From Chloroflexota bacterium (GTDB lineage: Bacteria; Chloroflexota; Limnocylindria; QHBO01), in contig JBDTQD010000003.1 of assembly GCA_039932375.1 (NCBI GenBank), positions 1 to 62,167 on the forward strand: a stretch of DNA of 62,167 bases. The letters are read 5' to 3'. Positions 58,701-62,167 of this stretch are shown here, piece by piece. The notes beneath the pieces are model-generated. The model saw nothing but the letters and a program-made list of their open reading frames with translations. It was not told where the DNA came from and searched no databases. The translations under genes were made by a program, and so were the position numbers. How positions within the stretch are numbered: position 1 is the first letter of the stretch; each line of letters begins with the position of its first letter.

Positions 58701-60700
58701 CCCCAGTCGAGCGAGACCAACTCGACGGGTGCTGCCAGCCCCTTCAGCTCCACCGTGCGGCGGGCGCGCTCCCGGAAGGAGAGCCCCGCCGAGGCCAGGG
58801 TCGTGGCGCTGACGAGGATCTCGCCCCCATCGGCTACGGCGCCGATTCGGGAGGCCTGATTGACGCCGGACCCGGTGTAGTCCAGCCCAACCCGGTTGGC
58901 CTGGGCTCCATGGATGCCGATGCGCACGCTGACGGCGAACCCCTGGGCTCGCCGTTGCTCGGCCAGCCGCTTCTGGATGGCGATCGCCGCCTGGATCGCC
59001 TGGTCGGCATCGGCGAATGCGAGGAAGAACCCGTCCCCGGTGGCCTTGACCTCTTCCCCGCCCTGCTCGGCGACGGCGGCCCGCAGCGTCTTGTCGTGCA
59101 TCCGGATGACGCCATCCCAGGCCTCGTCGCCCAGCGTCTCGGCAAGCTTGGTGGAGTCGACGATGTCGGTGAACATGAAGACGCGCTCGACGCGCGCGGT
59201 GGCCATGCCAAGGGGCGCAGAACCATCGCCCGCGAACGAGGCGACGACCGCCTCGGCGTGGCGCAGGTCGAGCGCAGCTCCGAGCTGTTCGAAGGCATCG
59301 CGCGCGGTCCGCGCCTCGATCGCCCCGAGATCCGGCTGGGCTTCGGCGCGGTAGGCGTCTGCCAGTGCCAGTCGCATGTGGGCGGCCTCGTATGGAGCGT
59401 CGAGGCCCACCCACAGGCCAATCGCCTCTCGCAGGCGGCTGGTGGCCTCGGCGGCATTCCCCTCCGCCAGCGCGACCATGCCCGCGCAAGACACTGCGTT
59501 GGCCAGGACGGAACCCGTCTTGAACTTGTCGGCCAGGGCCGCCAGCTCGTCAGCGGCTGCCCGCGCGCCCACGACGTCGCCAGCCGCGAGAAGAATCTCG
59601 ACCTGCGCCGGCAGCAGCATGATTCGGTACACCGCGCTGTCCGATGGCGCCCGCCAGGACGGCCGGCCCGGCTCGTTGAGGGCGCGTTGGATCGACTCCG
59701 CGGCGGCGGCCGTCTTGCCCTGGGCGAGCCGCAGGAGCGACATGGCGGGCTCGGTATCCTGGCCCAGGCCGTGGGCGCCCAGCAGTGCCTCCTCGGCGGC
59801 GGGGAGGTCGCCGCGGCGGAGCCGAATCTCACCGATCTGGTAGAGCGCCAGGCCCGCCGCGCCCGGGATGTAGCCACGCAGCTCGACCGATGCCTGCAGC
59901 GCCTCCGCTTCGGCCTCGGGCCAGGCGCCGTGCATCCGCTTCACGTCGGACCGGAAGATGCGGCACATCCCCGGGAAGCCATTGATGTGCTCGCGTCGGC
60001 ACCAGCGGTCCTGCGCCTCGGTCCACTCGAGCGCACGCCGCGTATCGCCGATCCCCGCGCAGGCCTCGATCGCCGCGCAGAAGACACCACCGGCCACCGC
60101 CGGTTGGAGCTCGCCGCTGATGGCGGCCGTGGCGGCTTCATCGGCCAGTGCCAGGCCCTCCTCGACGTCGCCCCTGGCCATCAGGCCGGCTGCCCGGCCG
60201 GCCATCGCGAAGGCCCGCAGATCCGGGATCCCAAGCCGCTCGGCGATCTCCTGGGCGAGCTTGGCCTGCGCGATCGACTCCTCGTTGTCGCCGCTGACCG
60301 CCGCAATCGTGGCCTTCACACCTGCCACCCAGCCGTGGCCCGGATTCTCCTCGAGCCCCTCGAGCATCTTTTCCGCGCGCTTGATCCACGCCGTTGCCGT
60401 CGGCATCGCCAGCTTGAAGACGTGGTCGCGCGCCAGGTTGATGGCGACCTCCACCGCGGTGAAGTAGTCGCCGGCCTTCGACGCGTCGGCAAAGGCGCGC
60501 TCCCTGGTCTCGATCGCGACCGGCAGCTGCCCGGTCCACCACGCCGCGGTGGCCAGCAGCTCCAGTCCGGCCGGTGAAAGCGACTGCTGGGCGTCGGCAG
60601 CGGACAAACCGTCGAAGGCGGCCCGCCACTCGTGCCGCTCCAGCGCAGCTGCAGCCGTCTCGAGGAGGGATTGCTGGGCCGTTTCCGGGGCCTGCGTCAA
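58697..60700 (-). CDS. TPR-like sensor + class III adenylate cyclase
   Basis: FTDIVDST, VKATGDGFF, RIGIH, DYTGSGVNQASRI; TTG start overlapping the upstream TGA. Confidence 0.88.
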   Translation of the reverse strand: MTQAPETAQQSLLETAAAALERHEWRAAFDGLSAADAQQSLSPAGLELLATAAWWTGQLPVAIETRERAFADASKAGDYFTAVEVAINLARDHVFKLAMPTATAWIKRAEKMLEGLEENPGHGWVAGVKATIAAVSGDNEESIAQAKLAQEIAERLGIPDLRAFAMAGRAAGLMARGDVEEGLALADEAATAAISGELQPAVAGGVFCAAIEACAGIGDTRRALEWTEAQDRWCRREHINGFPGMCRIFRSDVKRMHGAWPEAEAEALQASVELRGYIPGAAGLALYQIGEIRLRRGDLPAAEEALLGAHGLGQDTEPAMSLLRLAQGKTAAAAESIQRALNEPGRPSWRAPSDSAVYRIMLLPAQVEILLAAGDVVGARAAADELAALADKFKTGSVLANAVSCAGMVALAEGNAAEATSRLREAIGLWVGLDAPYEAAHMRLALADAYRAEAQPDLGAIEARTARDAFEQLGAALDLRHAEAVVASFAGDGSAPLGMATARVERVFMFTDIVDSTKLAETLGDEAWDGVIRMHDKTLRAAVAEQGGEEVKATGDGFFLAFADADQAIQAAIAIQKRLAEQRRAQGFAVSVRIGIHGAQANRVGLDYTGSGVNQASRIGAVADGGEILVSATTLASAGLSFRERARRTVELKGLAAPVELVSLDWG

Positions 60701-61170
60701 GTCGATTCTCCGAGCGCCGGACCGCGGGCGGCCCGGATCTGATCGGCGTGGTCGTGCGAGTGGTTGGCGTAGATCTCGAGCCAGCGGTCCACCGAGTACG
60801 CACCTGACTCCTCGTGCGTCCCGCGCCGGTCCCATTCCGCGGGCGAGAGCGATTCGAGGAGGCTGAGACTCGCTTCACGTACGCCGCGGAGCACGGCGAG
60901 CGATGATCCGATCGGTCGGTCGTAGTGCAGCCGGCGAGCAAATTCCGGCTCGTCGTAGCCCTGGATGACGGGATCCTCCTCGGCGATCAGGCGACGGAGA
61001 CGGACGTAGGCCGTCGCCTCGCTATCGGCCAGGTGGTGGGCCACCTCGCGTGCGGTCCAGCCGCCGTCCGGCGCGGGGCGGTCGAGCTCGGCATCGGTGA
61101 TGCCGGCGAGGGCAGCCTCGACCTGGGCGTATCCCGCCCGAAACCGATCCAGGAGCGCGGCACGATCCAT
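60697..61170 (-). CDS. DinB family protein
   Basis: W...EVAHHLADSE, G.H...G..S, ..H..DH..QI. Confidence 0.88.
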   Translation of the reverse strand: MDRAALLDRFRAGYAQVEAALAGITDAELDRPAPDGGWTAREVAHHLADSEATAYVRLRRLIAEEDPVIQGYDEPEFARRLHYDRPIGSSLAVLRGVREASLSLLESLSPAEWDRRGTHEESGAYSVDRWLEIYANHSHDHADQIRAARGPALGEST

Positions 61171-61181
61171 CGCGCCCGATC

Positions 61182-62045
61182 TTAGTCCGATCCTGGAGCA
61201 GGCACGGCCGCAGCCAGGAGTGCCTCCAGCTCGCGCCGAACGGAGCCCGGCTCCTCGATCCAGGCGAAATGCCCGATCCCAGGCAGGATCCGCAGCACCA
61301 CCCCGGGGATCAGCGCCGCCGTGCGCTCCGCCTCGGAGGCGGGAATCGGCGAGGAGGCACCGTGGAGCACCAGCACCGGCATCCGCAACCCCGGCAGCCC
61401 GCGCTCCAGGGTGCCGGCCTCGAAGTGCTGCATCACCGATGGCCACGTCATCAGGTGCCCCTCGAGATCCAGGCGCAGCTTCGGCATCGGTGTCGCCGTG
61501 GTTGGATCGCCGAAGTAGTGCGGCCACAGCACGCGGAGGGCCTCCAGCGACTCCTCCGCGGTCCCCCCGCCCGCCTCCTCGCGAGCGTAATAGGCCTCGA
61601 CCCAGCTGCGCTCGGCCCCGGTCAGATTGCGCATCAGGTTCGTGCCAAGGGCCTCTCCCCCACCATCGGGGACAGCCCCGAGGGCGTCGAACACCACCAT
61701 CCCCAGCATCCGCTCGGGGTGCGTGACGGCCAGGTGCATGACCAGGTGACCACCCCACGAATGACCGATGACCCACGCCCGATCCCAGCCGAGGGCATCG
61801 AGGACCGCAACCGCATCGACGACGTGTCCCTCGACGGTGCGGTCGCCCTCTTCCACGGAGGGCGCAAGGCCGCGCTGCTGATACCGGGCCACGGTTGCGA
61901 TCGGCGCGAGCTCCTCGGCCAGGTCGGAGAGGTAGTCGGACATGCCCGGGCCGCCGTGGAGCAGCAACACCGGCGGGCCGATGCCATTCACCCAACCGAC
62001 GATCTCTCCACCCGGAACCGGGGCGCGAAACGCTTGATCAGCCAT
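61182..62045 (-). CDS. Alpha/beta hydrolase (proline iminopeptidase-like)
   Basis: LHGGPG, YQQRG, GHSWGG, GHFAW.E.P. Confidence 0.9.
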   Translation of the reverse strand: MADQAFRAPVPGGEIVGWVNGIGPPVLLLHGGPGMSDYLSDLAEELAPIATVARYQQRGLAPSVEEGDRTVEGHVVDAVAVLDALGWDRAWVIGHSWGGHLVMHLAVTHPERMLGMVVFDALGAVPDGGGEALGTNLMRNLTGAERSWVEAYYAREEAGGGTAEESLEALRVLWPHYFGDPTTATPMPKLRLDLEGHLMTWPSVMQHFEAGTLERGLPGLRMPVLVLHGASSPIPASEAERTAALIPGVVLRILPGIGHFAWIEEPGSVRRELEALLAAAVPAPGSD

Positions 62046-62167
62046 CGAGGGAGGATACCAAGCCGATGTCGACCAACCAGCTCATCAGGTCTCGGCGACG
62101 GCGGGGATATCCAGGCCCAGGTGGTGGGCAAGCGCTCCGCGAACCCGACGACGGAGCGCGCCATCCG

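Noticed and set aside
58697-60700. Pycsar/CBASS-type defence cyclase
   Set aside because: Canonical adenylate cyclase residues, sensor fusion, and no adjacent TIR/TM effector; neighbours are metabolic
62046-62167. Possible gene fragment at the right edge
   Set aside because: Too short to assign a strand or product

Overview
GC-rich bacterial chromosomal window, probably Chloroflexota. This is an inference from the fhaAB-rodA-pbpA cluster, DUF4446/DUF3105 genes and frequent leaderless TAGACT/TANNNT promoters. Most of it is housekeeping and metabolism: a UvrD-family helicase, rarA, a MoxR/DUF58/transglutaminase triad, FHA-RodA-PBP, valS, tig-clpP-clpX, tRNA-Leu(TAG), tRNA-Lys(CTT), an M16 peptidase pair, cyanophycin genes, a 2-oxoacid dehydrogenase operon, lipA/lipB, two class III nucleotide cyclases and a GGDEF/HD-GYP protein. 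I saw no CRISPR array, integrase or transposase. The most striking unexplained element is a ~540-nt densely helical non-coding region (~2086-2633) with its own sigma70-type promoter, which matches no RNA family I can recognise; it lies near a stand-alone SelB C-terminal (RNA-binding) gene. Also notable: (i) a ~2.8-kb insertion that splits rarA and supplies a replacement 5' end, carrying three ~25-29-nt direct repeats; (ii) a cyanophycin-synthetase-like protein that keeps only the Mur-ligase half; (iii) an ACG codon at the aligned start position of a CpaE-like gene; (iv) a terminator-like valS leader without a T-box; (v) an internally deleted histidine phosphatase. All family calls come from motif recognition by eye, not database searches.
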